DNA of 64,000 nt, from NCBI GenBank assembly GCA_964187785.1, contig OZ076411.1, forward strand, positions 75,950,001-76,014,000, read 5' to 3'. The position numbers and the translations under genes are program-made. Shown here piece by piece: positions 1 through 10,189 of the stretch. Within the stretch, counting starts at the first letter, position 1, and each line of letters begins with the position of its first letter. The notes under the pieces were generated by a model. The model ran no database searches, was not told where the DNA came from, and saw only the letters and a list, made by a program, of their open reading frames with translations. The stretch comes from Amphiscolops sp. MND2022. Its lineage: Eukaryota.

Positions 1-581
1 CTATGAAAGTGCGGAAATTGTCACTGTAGATGGCAATTGGTAGTCCGCGGCGAGCAAAAAAAAAAGCTGTAGGCTAGAAATACAGGCTCCTTTGGTGAGT
101 GAGTTGACGGGTTCTAGATGAACTGCTTTCGTTGAAAAACAGATGGAACTTGCGACGTAGACTTTTACTGTTTCCGTTGCGATTGGGCTGCAATGGTCCA
201 GTCCAGTGTAGCTGAAATGTGTTGAAGGGGAAATACGTTCTGGCGGTGAGTCCCCATCTGAGGTTGACGTTGACGGTTGTTGAAGCGTGTGCATTGGGGA
301 CATTTTCGAATGATGGATTGGATAGGACGAGTCACATTCGGTATCCAAACTGTTTGTCGTAGAGTTGACAATGTTAATTGCAAACCTTCATGAAGGCAAT
401 GAAGGTGCGTTTCGCGGATTAAGGCTGCGTTGATAATCGACCGACAGGGTACAATGATCGAGAATTTGAAATCCACATGGTATCGGCTGCTGTTGGCGAG
501 ACGTCCACCAACTCGAAGGATATGTTTTTTTTCGTCGAAAATGGGAGCAAGGGCCCTAAGTGTGCTCTTGCGGGGTAACAT
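1..581 (-). pseudogene. pol: BEL/Pao integrase N-terminal zinc-binding region and start of catalytic core, frameshifted
   Basis: LRVGGRL...ETHLHCLH...RKCPQC in ORF 165-581; LDHCSP...ICFSTKAVHLEPV in ORF 1-348. Confidence 0.9.
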
Positions 582-1007
582 TTTGTTTTGTTTAGGGATT
601 TCAAATTCTGTGAGGTGTTGTTTTGGATCGTTGTGAAAATTAGTAGTCTTGCTGCTTCAATTTCGTTGGCGGAAGGGGTGGTTGTCCTTCGTGAATTGTG
701 TGTTGGGTGTCGTGTTTTTCTTTCATCTGCCTGCTTCTTGTTTTGTTTCACATGTGAAAAAAACCTAAGTACGAAGACGAAAACCTTGATCGTCTTCTTG
801 TAATGCTATTACTGCTTCTTCTTCTTCATGATTGTCTACTTGTTTTTCTCCTTCTGCTGCGTTTGCTGTTGCTGCTCTTTCTTCTTCGCTGTGGTTTACG
901 GTTGCTTGTTTACGGGCTGGCAGGTAAACAAGGCTTAGGTGTTTGTTAGTTGCGTTGTCGTGATTGGTAATATGGTCTAGCTGAACAGAGTTGTTCAACC
1001 TATTGAC

Positions 1008-2085
1008 TTACCTCAGGCTTTCTTCTGGCAAAGCAATGTCGATTTGAGGCCACGCTGAAGCTGGCACGCGTAGCCACTCAGGTCCATGCCACCACAGGCG
1101 ACTTTGAAGATTTTGAGGGGACTTTCCTCTGCTGGCGCAGTCGGCTGGATTGGATTCAGTGGGACATGTTTCCAGTTTTCTGCCTAGGCCAATTTTAGAA
1201 TCTTCGCCACGCGATTGGCAACGAAGGTTTTCCAACGACTCGGATGATCCTTTATCCAAGCCAGTGTGGTTGTAGAATCGGTCCAAGCAACAACTTCTAT
1301 GTCGAGAAATCGTTCATTAACCAGGGCAATTCTGATTGATTGGACAAGTTGTGCTCCCAATAGAGCCGCGCAGAGCTCTAATCGAGGAACACAAAGTGTT
1401 TTGGTTTGTGCCACTCGTGTTTTAGCCACGAGAAGCTGGCTTTGAAAGCGTCGTTGGCTGATGTGTTGACGGATGCAGACAGCGACGGCGGCAGCGCTTG
1501 TAGAGGCGTCACAAAAGCAGTGGAGTTGAAGCGGGTTTTTGGAGGGCTCATTCTTATCAAGAAAGAATCTCGGGGTGTCGATATTTTCGATTGCTTTGAG
1601 ATCGTCACTGAGATCGTTATATTGTTGTTTGAGGTTGTGATTCAATGGTTTATCCCAAGAAAAATTAATCAACCAAAGTGTTTGACAGAATGACATTATT
1701 TGGATGACAATTGATGAGAGAACACCCATGTGGTCAAAGATGCGGGTGACTTCATAGAGTATTTGTCGTTTCGTTTGTGGGTCGTTATCGGCCGGTTTCA
1801 CATTCAAGGTGAAGAAGTCCTGTTTTGGTTTCCAGACGACACAAAGTGTTTTTGTGGAGTATTCTTCGGACTCGATGTGTTTGGTGTCAGCTGATTCTCG
1901 ATAGATATCGGGAAGGCGTTGGAGGCGGCGGCAGCGCTTGTAGAGGCGTCACAAAAGCAGTGGAGTTGAAGCGGGTTTTTGGAGGGCTCCTTCTTATCAA
2001 GAATGAATCTCGGGGTGTCGATATTTTCGATTGCTTTGAGATCGCCACTGAGATCGTTATATTGTTGTTTGAGGCTGTGATTCAA
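1008..2085 (-). pseudogene. pol: BEL/Pao RNase H (peptidase A17-type annotation region), fragmented and partly duplicated
   Basis: LHCFCDAS, LLVAKTRVA, VPRLELCAALLG, WTDSTTTLAWI, SNPADCASRG, WWHGPEWL. Confidence 0.92.
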
Positions 2086-2360
2086 TGGTTTATCTCAAGA
2101 CAAATTAATCAACCAAAGTGTTTGAATGAATGAAATTACTTGGATGACAATTGATGAGAGAACACCCATCTGGTCAAAGATGCGGGTGACTTCATAGAGT
2201 ATTTGTCGTTTCGTTTGTGGGTCGTTATCGGCCGGTTTCACATTCAAGGTGAAGATGTCTTGTTTTGGTTTCGAGACGACACCAAGTGTTTTTGTGGAGT
2301 TTTCTTCGGACTCGATGTGTTTGGTGTCAGCTGATTCTCGATAGATATCGGGAAGGCGTT
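1487..2360. repeat. About 440-bp direct tandem duplication inside the BEL RNase H region
   Basis: GGCGGCAGCGCTTGTAGAGG at about 1487 and 1927; GATATCGGGAAGGCGTT ends at 1920 and 2360. Confidence 0.85.
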
Positions 2361-2517
2361 CAACGAGTGAAAAATCACTCGATGACTACTTACGTAGGTG
2401 AAAACCAGCTTTTTCTTTGGAGGAGATTCCTGTTAGTAAATCGTAAATGTACAGGTCGAAAGTGAGCGCTAGGACGGCGGTGGGATGCTGTATTGTCTCG
2501 GCTAACTTGAACAGAGG

Positions 2518-2847
2518 TCATGTGACATGGAAACTAGCTGATGTCACACCGTAAGTGTTTCGGGTCATACGGTAGTATTCTAGAGTTGATGACGGTGTTT
2601 CTTCCCAGGGTAGTCTGTGAAAATCTTTGTCTTCTTTGTCGAGAAGTACCTGACGGTACACTTTGGCAATGTCGGCCGACAAACCCACCTTGTGAAATCT
2701 GAACCTGATCAAGATCTCGAAGAGGTCCTTTTGGATCTTCGGACCAAGCATGAGGTTGTCGCAGAGTAACACTCTGGAGGTTGTTTTCGCCGAGGCGTCA
2801 AAAACCACACGAAGCTTTGTAGTCGTCACTGGATTCCTTAAGGACAC
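2518..2847 (-). pseudogene. pol: BEL/Pao reverse transcriptase fragment lacking YxDD
   Basis: TTKLRVVFDASAKT...LGPKIQ...SADIAKVYRQV...TYGVTSASF, truncated. Confidence 0.9.
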
Positions 2848-3359
2848 ATTGGCGTGGCAGGTAGAAAGACTTGCTTGATGCGATTAGGATTTCGGACTCC
2901 GGGATTTTCTCCATGTGTTCAAGATCCAAAAATTCTTTGATGAAGGCTGCGTATCTAGTATAGAGGCTCTCGTTTTTGGAGAATTGATAAAGAAGTGTTT
3001 CGAGTCGACGTTTTGCTTGCTGAAAAGAGTCACCAAGGGGTATGGCGTCTTCTATAAAAGGGAGTTTGACAATGAATAGTCCATCTTCATTTCGTGTTGT
3101 GGTTTGTTGGAAGTGTTGTTCGCAAGCTTGTTCTTCTTTGGTGACGTGATGCCTTTGAGGAAGGTCTTCAATCTCCCAAAATTTTTTGAGGGTTTCTTCT
3201 TCGGGATTGGACTCAATGAGCTGAGGCAGGTTGTAAAAATTTGAATTGACACTGAAGGTGAACCTCCAATGACAACCTAACCAAACACCGAATCACGGTA
3301 TGTTACAATGTTGTTTTCCTTGATCGGTGCATCCTACATGATGGTTTCATTAAGTTCAG

Positions 3360-3713
3360 CTACGATGAGCATGTCGATTCCAGAAGATGTGTTGAATGTC
3401 GGATGGGCGAGCTTGAGTTTTGGAAGATGCTTGAAAGACGATGTCGAATTGTATGCAAGATGTTGGTGAGCTTTGACATTACAAAAGCTCTCACTGGAAT
3501 AGCTGCTGCTCTTTCTGGGGTGATAAAAAAGTCTGTGGTTCCTCGATGTTGTAGCTCATCCCTGGCGCCCAGACCAAAGATGCGCACTTGTTGGTTTTTC
3601 ACTGGAAGACCCAGTCGTGTGACTCGATTCTCAGTGATGAGCTTTATTTGGGAACCTGAGTCGAGAAGTGCTCGGCAAAGGGTCGTTTCACCATTCACTA
3701 AGATTGGTATCAT
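3360..3713 (-). pseudogene. BEL/Pao aspartic protease fragment (duplicated copy)
   Basis: CRALLDSGSQ motif. Confidence 0.85.
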
Positions 3714-4226
3714 GGCTGTTTGCAGGAGGACTGTTTGATGAGAGCGAGGTAGCGGTGAACTGTTCTGGTGGTGGTGATGCTGTATTAGTAGTGTTTTTAT
3801 TAACTAAGACAAATTAATCAACCAAAGTGTTTGAATGAATGACATTATTTGGATGACAATTGATGAGAGAACACCCATCTGATCAAAGATGCGGGTGACT
3901 TCATAGAGTATTTGTCGTTTCGTTTGTGGGTCGTTATCGGCCGGTTTCACATTCAAGGTGAAGATGTCTTGTTTTGGTTTCCAGACGACACCAAGTGTTT
4001 TTGTGGAGTATTCTTCGGACTCGATGTGTTTGGTGTCAGCTGATTCTCGATAGATATCGGGAAGGCGTTCAACGAGTGAAAAATCACTCGATGACTACTT
4101 ACGTAGGTGAAAACCAGCCTTTTCTTTGGAGGAGATTCCTGTTAGTAAATCGTAAACGTACATGTCGAAATTGAGCGCTAGGGCGGCAGTGGGATGCTGT
4201 ATTGTCTCGGCTAACTTGAACAGAGG

Positions 4227-4556
4227 TCATGTGACATGGAAACTAGCTGATGTCACACCGTAAGTGTTTCGGGTCATACGGTAGTATTCTAGAGTTGATG
4301 ACGGTGTTTCTTCCCAGGGTAGTCTGTGAAAATCTTTGTCTTCTTTGTCGAGAAGTACCTGACGGTACACTTTGGCAATGTCGGCTGACAAACCCACCTT
4401 GTGAAATCTGAACCTGATCAAGATCTCGAAGAGGTCCTTTTGGATCTTCGGACCAAGCATGAGGTTGTCGCAGAGTAACACTCTGGAGGTTGTTTTCGCC
4501 GAGGCGTCAAAAACCACACGAAGCTTTGTAGTCGTCGCTGGATTCCTTAAGGACAC
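4227..4556 (-). pseudogene. pol: BEL/Pao reverse transcriptase fragment (second copy)
   Basis: Nearly identical to 2518-2847. Confidence 0.9.
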
Positions 4557-5264
4557 ATTGGCGTGGCAGGTAGAAAGACTTGCTTGATGCGATTAGGATT
4601 TCGGACTCCGGGATTTTCTCCATGTGTTCAAGATCCAAAAATTCTTTGATGAAGGCTGCGTATCTAGTATAGAGGCTCTCGTTTTTGGAGAGTTGATAAA
4701 GAAGTGTTTCGAGGCGACGTTTTGCTTGCTGAAAAGAGTCACCAAGGGGTATGGCGTCTTCTATAAAAGGGAGTTTGACAATGAATAGTCCATCTTCATT
4801 TCGTGTTGTGGTTTGTTGGAAGTGTTGTTCGCAAGCTTGTTCTTCTTTGGTGACGTGATGCCTTTGAGGAAGGTCTTCAATCTCCCAAAATTTTTTGAGG
4901 GTTTCTTCTTCGGTATTGGACTCAATGAGCTGAGGCAGGTTGTAAAAATTTGAATTGACACTGAAGGTGAACCTCCAATGACAACCTACCCAAACACCGA
5001 ATCACGGTATGTTACAATGTTGTTTTCCTTGATCGGTGCATCCTACATGATGGTTTCATTAAGTTCAGCTACGATGAGCATGTCGATTCCAGAAGGTGTG
5101 TTGAATGTCGGATGGGCGAGCTTGAGTTTTGGAAGATGCTTGAAAGACGATGTCGAATTGTATGCAAGATGTTGGTGAGCTTTGACATTACAAAAGCTCT
5201 CACTGGAATAGCTGCTGCTCTTTCTGGGGTGATAAAAAAGTCCGTGGTTCCTCGATGTTGTAGC

Positions 5265-6797
5265 TCATCCTTGGCGCCCAGACCAAAGATGCGCACTTGT
5301 TGTTTTTTCACTGGGAGACCCAGTCGTGTGACTCGATTCTTGAGTGATGAGCTTTGTTTGGGAACCTGAGTCGAGAAGTGCTCGGCAAAGGGTCGTTTCA
5401 CCATTCACTAAGATTGGTATCATGGCTGTTTGCAGGAGGACTGTTTGATGAGAGCGAGGTAGCGGAGAACTGTTCTGGTGGTGGTGATGCTGTATTAGTA
5501 GTGTTTTCTGATTCACTGTGTATCGAATGTTATCTGCGACTGTACTGTTGAAAGAACGTGTTTGTCGTAGTGATTGCAGATGGAGTAGAGTATAATGCTT
5601 CAGTTTGCAAGTTTGACAGGTTGTTCCCTTGCATTCTTGTTGTCGGTGACCTGCTCGTAAGCAATTGAAGCAAAGTTGTTTGAGCTTGACGAAATCAGCT
5701 CGATTCGGTACTGAAAGTTGCTTGAACTTTGGGCAGAGATGTAATTTGTGAGTGCCATTGCAACACACGCAGTTGGTTTCGTTCGCTGTCGTGTTGGTGT
5801 TGTAGCTCCGTTGTGAAGAGTGTGATTGGTGGTTGTTGCTGTGACGAGTTGTAAAGCGATGCTTTGTTGAAATAGTTGGCGCTGAGAGTGTCGATGCTTC
5901 TAGAGCCAAGCATCGAGCTACCTTGATTTTTTTCAAGTCGTTGTTGGTGTGAGGATCCGTTCCAGGCGTTGAGAGTTCCCAAAACTTCCTAGTGTCGGCA
6001 GGGAGTTTTTCTGTGACGAGGTATACTGGAAAAATATCTTGTTGGTGGACTGGTTGGCCCATGTTCTCCAGGGCCAATCGTTGTTCTTCCACGGTTTCTT
6101 CAAGTTGACGAAGATCTTTAGCTGTTTCGTTGGTGAGATGTTTCTGTGTAGAAATGGCATGTACTTGAGTGCGTAAAATCATGCGGTTGTTTTGGTAGCG
6201 ACCTCTGAACATCTTCACGGCGACAGTGTAGTTAGCATCAGTGATTGTTACTGATGCTAGAAGCTTCGCTGCATCGCCCTTCAAAGATGCTTTGAGATAC
6301 TGTAGTTTCTGACTGTTCTGCAGGGTCCCGTTGTTGTGAACTGCTCCAGTGAACAAGTCGAAGAATGAGGTCCATGAGAGATAGTCTCCTGAAAACGTTG
6401 ACAGATCCAGTTCAGGTAACTTTACTGTGGTTAAAGGTGGCGTGTTTTTCGTGGTTGTTGCAGATGTAGTTCCACGTACAGTTGGAATGTTGCTTTTGAT
6501 AAATCGGTGTATCGGGTCTAATTGTTGAACTAGTTTATCGTCAAATTCTTGGAAAAGCAGAATGTCGGTTTCCTGGAATTCTTCGTTGTCGAACTTTGCT
6601 ATAAAGTGTTGTTTGAGGTTGTTTAGGGAGTTTTGTTTTCTGGAGAGGTTTTTGTGTAGTTGTTCCAATCGGATAACGACATCGGTGATGGTTACAGAGC
6701 GCGTTGGCAGAATAAGGGATTCTGCTTCTGTCCAGCAATTAGTAGCAACTGGCTTGTGGGAAGCACGTCTTTTCTTTTGCATTTCAATCTCTGTCAT
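5265..6797 (-). CDS. gag: BEL/Pao Gag (DUF1759-like with Cys/His knuckles) running into protease; frameshift after DSGS
   Basis: 510-aa ORF with QKLQYLKASLKGDA, CVCCNGTHKLHLC, CFNCLRAGHRQQEC, CQTCKLKHYTLLH, ALLDSGSQ. Confidence 0.92.
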   Translation of the reverse strand: MTEIEMQKKRRASHKPVATNCWTEAESLILPTRSVTITDVVIRLEQLHKNLSRKQNSLNNLKQHFIAKFDNEEFQETDILLFQEFDDKLVQQLDPIHRFIKSNIPTVRGTTSATTTKNTPPLTTVKLPELDLSTFSGDYLSWTSFFDLFTGAVHNNGTLQNSQKLQYLKASLKGDAAKLLASVTITDANYTVAVKMFRGRYQNNRMILRTQVHAISTQKHLTNETAKDLRQLEETVEEQRLALENMGQPVHQQDIFPVYLVTEKLPADTRKFWELSTPGTDPHTNNDLKKIKVARCLALEASTLSAPTISTKHRFTTRHSNNHQSHSSQRSYNTNTTANETNCVCCNGTHKLHLCPKFKQLSVPNRADFVKLKQLCFNCLRAGHRQQECKGTTCQTCKLKHYTLLHLQSLRQTRSFNSTVADNIRYTVNQKTLLIQHHHHQNSSPLPRSHQTVLLQTAMIPILVNGETTLCRALLDSGSQTKLITQESSHTTGSPSEKTTSAHLWSGRQG

Positions 6798-7118
6798 TCT
6801 GGCCGTCTAACTGACGAGGATTGCTTTGAATAACTTTGAATTTGACTTTACAAACTTTGGATGCGTCGATTTTTCAAACTTTGGATACTTTTGAATTTTT
6901 GAATCTTGAAGTTAATCGTATGTAGTGGAAAGGATCCTGTATAGATTGACGTTACAGGCTTGAAACTTTGAATGTGGAGACAAGACAATTTCCCGAAAGC
7001 TTGTTTTTTGTTTTTATTGGAAGGTTGCGGGGTTTAAATAACTTGTTTTGAAGGTAATTCGCAAGCTTATTTTGTCAGTAAAGCATCGATTTTCTGTTCA
7101 ATGAAAGTTGTTTTCAAA

Positions 7119-7126
7119 TGCCACCA
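7119..7126 (-). promoter_or_regulatory. Putative primer-binding site of BEL copy 1 (TGGTGGCA...)
   Basis: Minus strand reads ...AAACCA TTTTT TGGTGGCA directly after the LTR end; cognate tRNA not determined. Confidence 0.55.
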
Positions 7127-7131
7127 AAAAA

Positions 7132-7261
7132 TGGTTTGAATAAACCGACTTGAATGAAGAGTGGTATTGAAAAGAGTGAACAAACTAGAAACGTGGTGGA
7201 AAAAGAAGTCAATAGAAGTTTGAGTTCAGAGTTTTGAGTTTTGGAGTTTTTACTAACAACA
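7132..7261 (-). repeat. 5' LTR of BEL copy 1 (about 130 bp, TG...CA)
   Basis: Minus strand begins TGTTGTTAG exactly where YR-E coding stops, and ends AAACCA before the PBS. The partner LTR is not in the window. Confidence 0.65.
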
Positions 7262-9194
7262 GGGGTCTTCAGCACCGCAAAAGTTCTGAAGCCGTTTTAT
7301 CATCTCAGCCCAACGTTCATATTCGCTGCGGTTTCTCGACTTCTCGGGGCACCAAGGCTGCCTAGTGACACTGTAGTCCCCATCGAGGAAGCAATGGACT
7401 CAGTATCTGACATAGGGTCCTCTCTTTCAGCCGATGTTGTACGAGTGCCCAACGTCACTGAATCAGCAGTGGTTTCATCATATGCTGTTTCTTCTTCTTG
7501 TTCTGATTGGGAAGCTTCATCGACTTCGTTTGTGCTACTGGAAGTTGTTTTTGGGGCGCTCGTATTGGGCTCATCCGTGCATCTGCATGGGTCGACTTCT
7601 GCTCAACGGGATCTCCTGAAAATGAAGTGTACATGGCGTCTCTGATGATCTCCCGTTGTCTCTTCAAAATATTGCTTCATTGCTGAATCCTCCAATGGAA
7701 CAACGTGATGATGGTCCGCAGTTGCTACACTGTGACCCGTGTCGGACCTAAAGGCCCGCTGCAACTCTTGGAATCTTGCTGGCATTGTCCCGGATGTGAG
7801 TGTCCCAAACTTGTCGAGTTATCTTTGGTCCAACTTTGAAATTCTGTGTTTTAATGTGCTTGCTGAGTGCGGAATTGAAATTGAACTGAGGATCGTCTTT
7901 TCCCGTCCCTGTTTATTGGGGAACAGAAGCTTGGGTTTCCTCAACCCAGTTTGCTTTGTAAACAATTCGTGGCATTTAGAGATTAATGCATTGGTCTCCT
8001 CTGTTTTCTCAAAGAAACTCTCGTAGAAGTGCCCTTTTTTGTGCTCATGTTACCGTATGATTGTCCCAACCTCCACTTTGTCATTGTGCTCGGTTGTTGT
8101 CTTCAAGACGGTGCCCAATCTGCAATTGTTGTCAAATAGTACCGGGAAAATTGACAGAGACGCGAGGTGCAGGTATGTGAAAATATCGGAGACGCCATGT
8201 ACAAGTCTTTTTCTGATCGTTTCTGCTAGTTTCGCAAGTTACTCTATGCTGGGCTGTCCTTCGAACCTGCTCTTCTGACGGGCTTTCGACTCTTTCCGGC
8301 CGGCAACCTTGTTACGCTCCTCATATGCTAAAATTTCTTCAAACATTGTGCTGTAGCTAACCTTGTGTGACCAGGTTGTTTGTCAACGCATCCACTTTAC
8401 GAACATTTCCAGTGTAGGCAGCAGCTTCTGCATCGAACTATGGGTATAATTGTTTGACTCTCTGTAAGTACGAAAGATTCCGCCTAGGTCCTTGAGGTTT
8501 TTTAAGTTGGTTGGTATCTTGGAATCCTTTTCTTACGAACCGTCTTCGAAAATGCCTGATTTCTGTTGCCAGAGTACTTACATAATACTCATTAAATTCT
8601 TCCAGCATTTGGGAACTTTTGACCCCGAGGGAGGTAGTTTGTGACAGCATGGTCAATTCTGGTGAGAATTCCGTAGGCGATTGCTTGTGTTGGACCGTTA
8701 GAATGATGTGTTCAAGAAATTCTTGCAGGTGCCTCCTTTTGTTAGTAAGTCGGAGAGGACAATTACCACAATGAAACACCGTGATTCGAGCGTTCTGGGT
8801 TCAGTAAAAGGACATGAGGAATTTTCTGTGGACATCTTCTAACTCGGGATGCATTTTATCTAGGTGCTGACTGTTTTTTACCTTTGTTTGGCAAATCGTG
8901 CAAAGTCGGAAATCGAATTTGCTGCCCTGGGTAACCTTCTTCTCAGGTTTTCTCCCCTTTTTCGGAGTCGTTCAAGGTTCATTGCTTGGTCCTGGGGTTG
9001 GCTCAGTTTTCCATTGGAGACTCATTTGACAGGAGAGACAGGTCCAAATTCACTTCTGGCGGGAAACTTGTTTCATTTTGTTGCATATTTTGGGTTTCTT
9101 GGTCTAACATTTGTTGTGTCTGTTCCCCAAGTTGATCCATTGCATCGATTGTTGAAGTGTCCAAACCTGTTGGTATTCGTTTGGAGGAACTCAT
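7262..9194 (-). pseudogene. Zinc-finger/tyrosine-recombinase pseudogene, subfamily E
   Basis: Manual translation: CTICQTKVKNSQHLDKMH...KFLMSFY*TQ...FHCGNC...RRHL; DNNCRLGTVL; HEHK; DTGHSVATADHHHV; ERWAEMIKRLQNFCGAEDP. All collinear with subfamilies A, B and C. Confidence 0.8.
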
Positions 9195-9695
9195 TTTGAC
9201 TTTTGGAGTCCTTTGTTTCGCTTTAGTAGTGGTTAATTCGAATTTTGATTGAGGATGACTAACAACCGACTGATTCGTACACAGCGACTCTGAAAATGTT
9301 ATTGACCAATGATTTAATAAGGTTAATCAATGTTTCTTTAATGAAAGGACTCAGAAATATGAATGGACAACTAATAAGAGTCAAAGACGCATTTAAAGTG
9401 TGAAAATTCGCACTCAGCTGATTACCAAAGTAGTGAAAACCTCTCCGTATCTGTGTACATAGCGTCTCCAATGTTTCAAAAATTGCGGAGTGTTTGAATT
9501 GGGGCCGAAAATTTCTGAACAAAATTTATGCTCAAATGGGCGGCAACTAAAGGCTAAAAAAGTGTCAAGTTCAAAAGTTTACTCTGTGAGCTTAAATATC
9601 AGAAAGACTATGGGTACTCCGTTGTTTTTGACACAGAGAGACGCTTTGTACGATTTTGGAAAAATGCTGGAGTACACAGGGTCTTTATTCGTCTT
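7262..9695 (-). mobile_element. YR element unit E1 (Crypton-like), 3' end interrupted by the BEL LTR
   Basis: YR pseudogene plus an arm with CGTATCT (9446) and CGTCTCC (9463), ending in CGTCTT against a GAT tract. Confidence 0.7.
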
Positions 9696-9729
9696 GATGA
9701 TGATGTTGCTGATGCTCATTATGATGATG
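9696..9729 (+). repeat. Degenerate (GAT)n junction tract E1/A1
   Basis: GATGATGATGTTGCTGATGCTCATTATGATGATG. Confidence 0.8.
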
Positions 9730-10189
9730 TTTATCGGAGACGCTCGGTCAAAAATTCAGACAATATTAGGCACTCTGACCCCTTTTTGTGATTATACAGA
9801 TACGCTTTGAAAGTTTTATTTTGTCAAAATGAGAATATAGATGCTTTTTTGATACTAACATGAGTGACAATTACGGGTATAGAGGCGTTTAATTAGAATT
9901 CAACTTTTGACTTCTTTCTTTTTTACCTTCCTATGATTATTTTCTTCCAGTCCCACCGTATTTCTAACTAATAAAGAGTTTCCAACGATTACTTTAAAGG
10001 TCCATTGATGTGCATATAGAGACGTTTCATACTTCCAAGGAAGACTATCAGATAACCTTCAACCCACTTTGGTAAACAGAGACGTTCTGGTTATAACTCA
10101 AGTTACATATCAAGGTAACATATCATGAACTCAAATCATTCAAACAACAAGTAGTAGGGGCAAATACAATGTCACAAACTCAAATCAAA

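Larger units (their letters stand above)
2097..5507. repeat. About 1.71-kb direct tandem duplication (2097-3797 and 3806-5507)
   Basis: Near-identical ORFs at offset 1709 (2518/4227, 3052/4761, 2265/3974). Confidence 0.9.
1..7261 (-). mobile_element. BEL/Pao LTR retrotransposon copy 1, internally deleted and duplicated, 3' end outside the window
   Basis: Minus-strand order is LTR, PBS, gag (LPELDLSTFSGDYLSWTSFFDLF), protease (ALLDSGSQ), RT fragment (TTKLRVVFDAS), Pao RNase H (FCDAS, VPRLEL, WTDS), then integrase (HHCC region, STKAVHLE). Confidence 0.95.

Noticed and set aside
7241-8278. Plus-strand ORFs of 79-141 aa (and their copies at 15600-16617)
   Set aside because: They lie antisense to the YR-E pseudogene and the BEL LTR and show no recognisable motifs.
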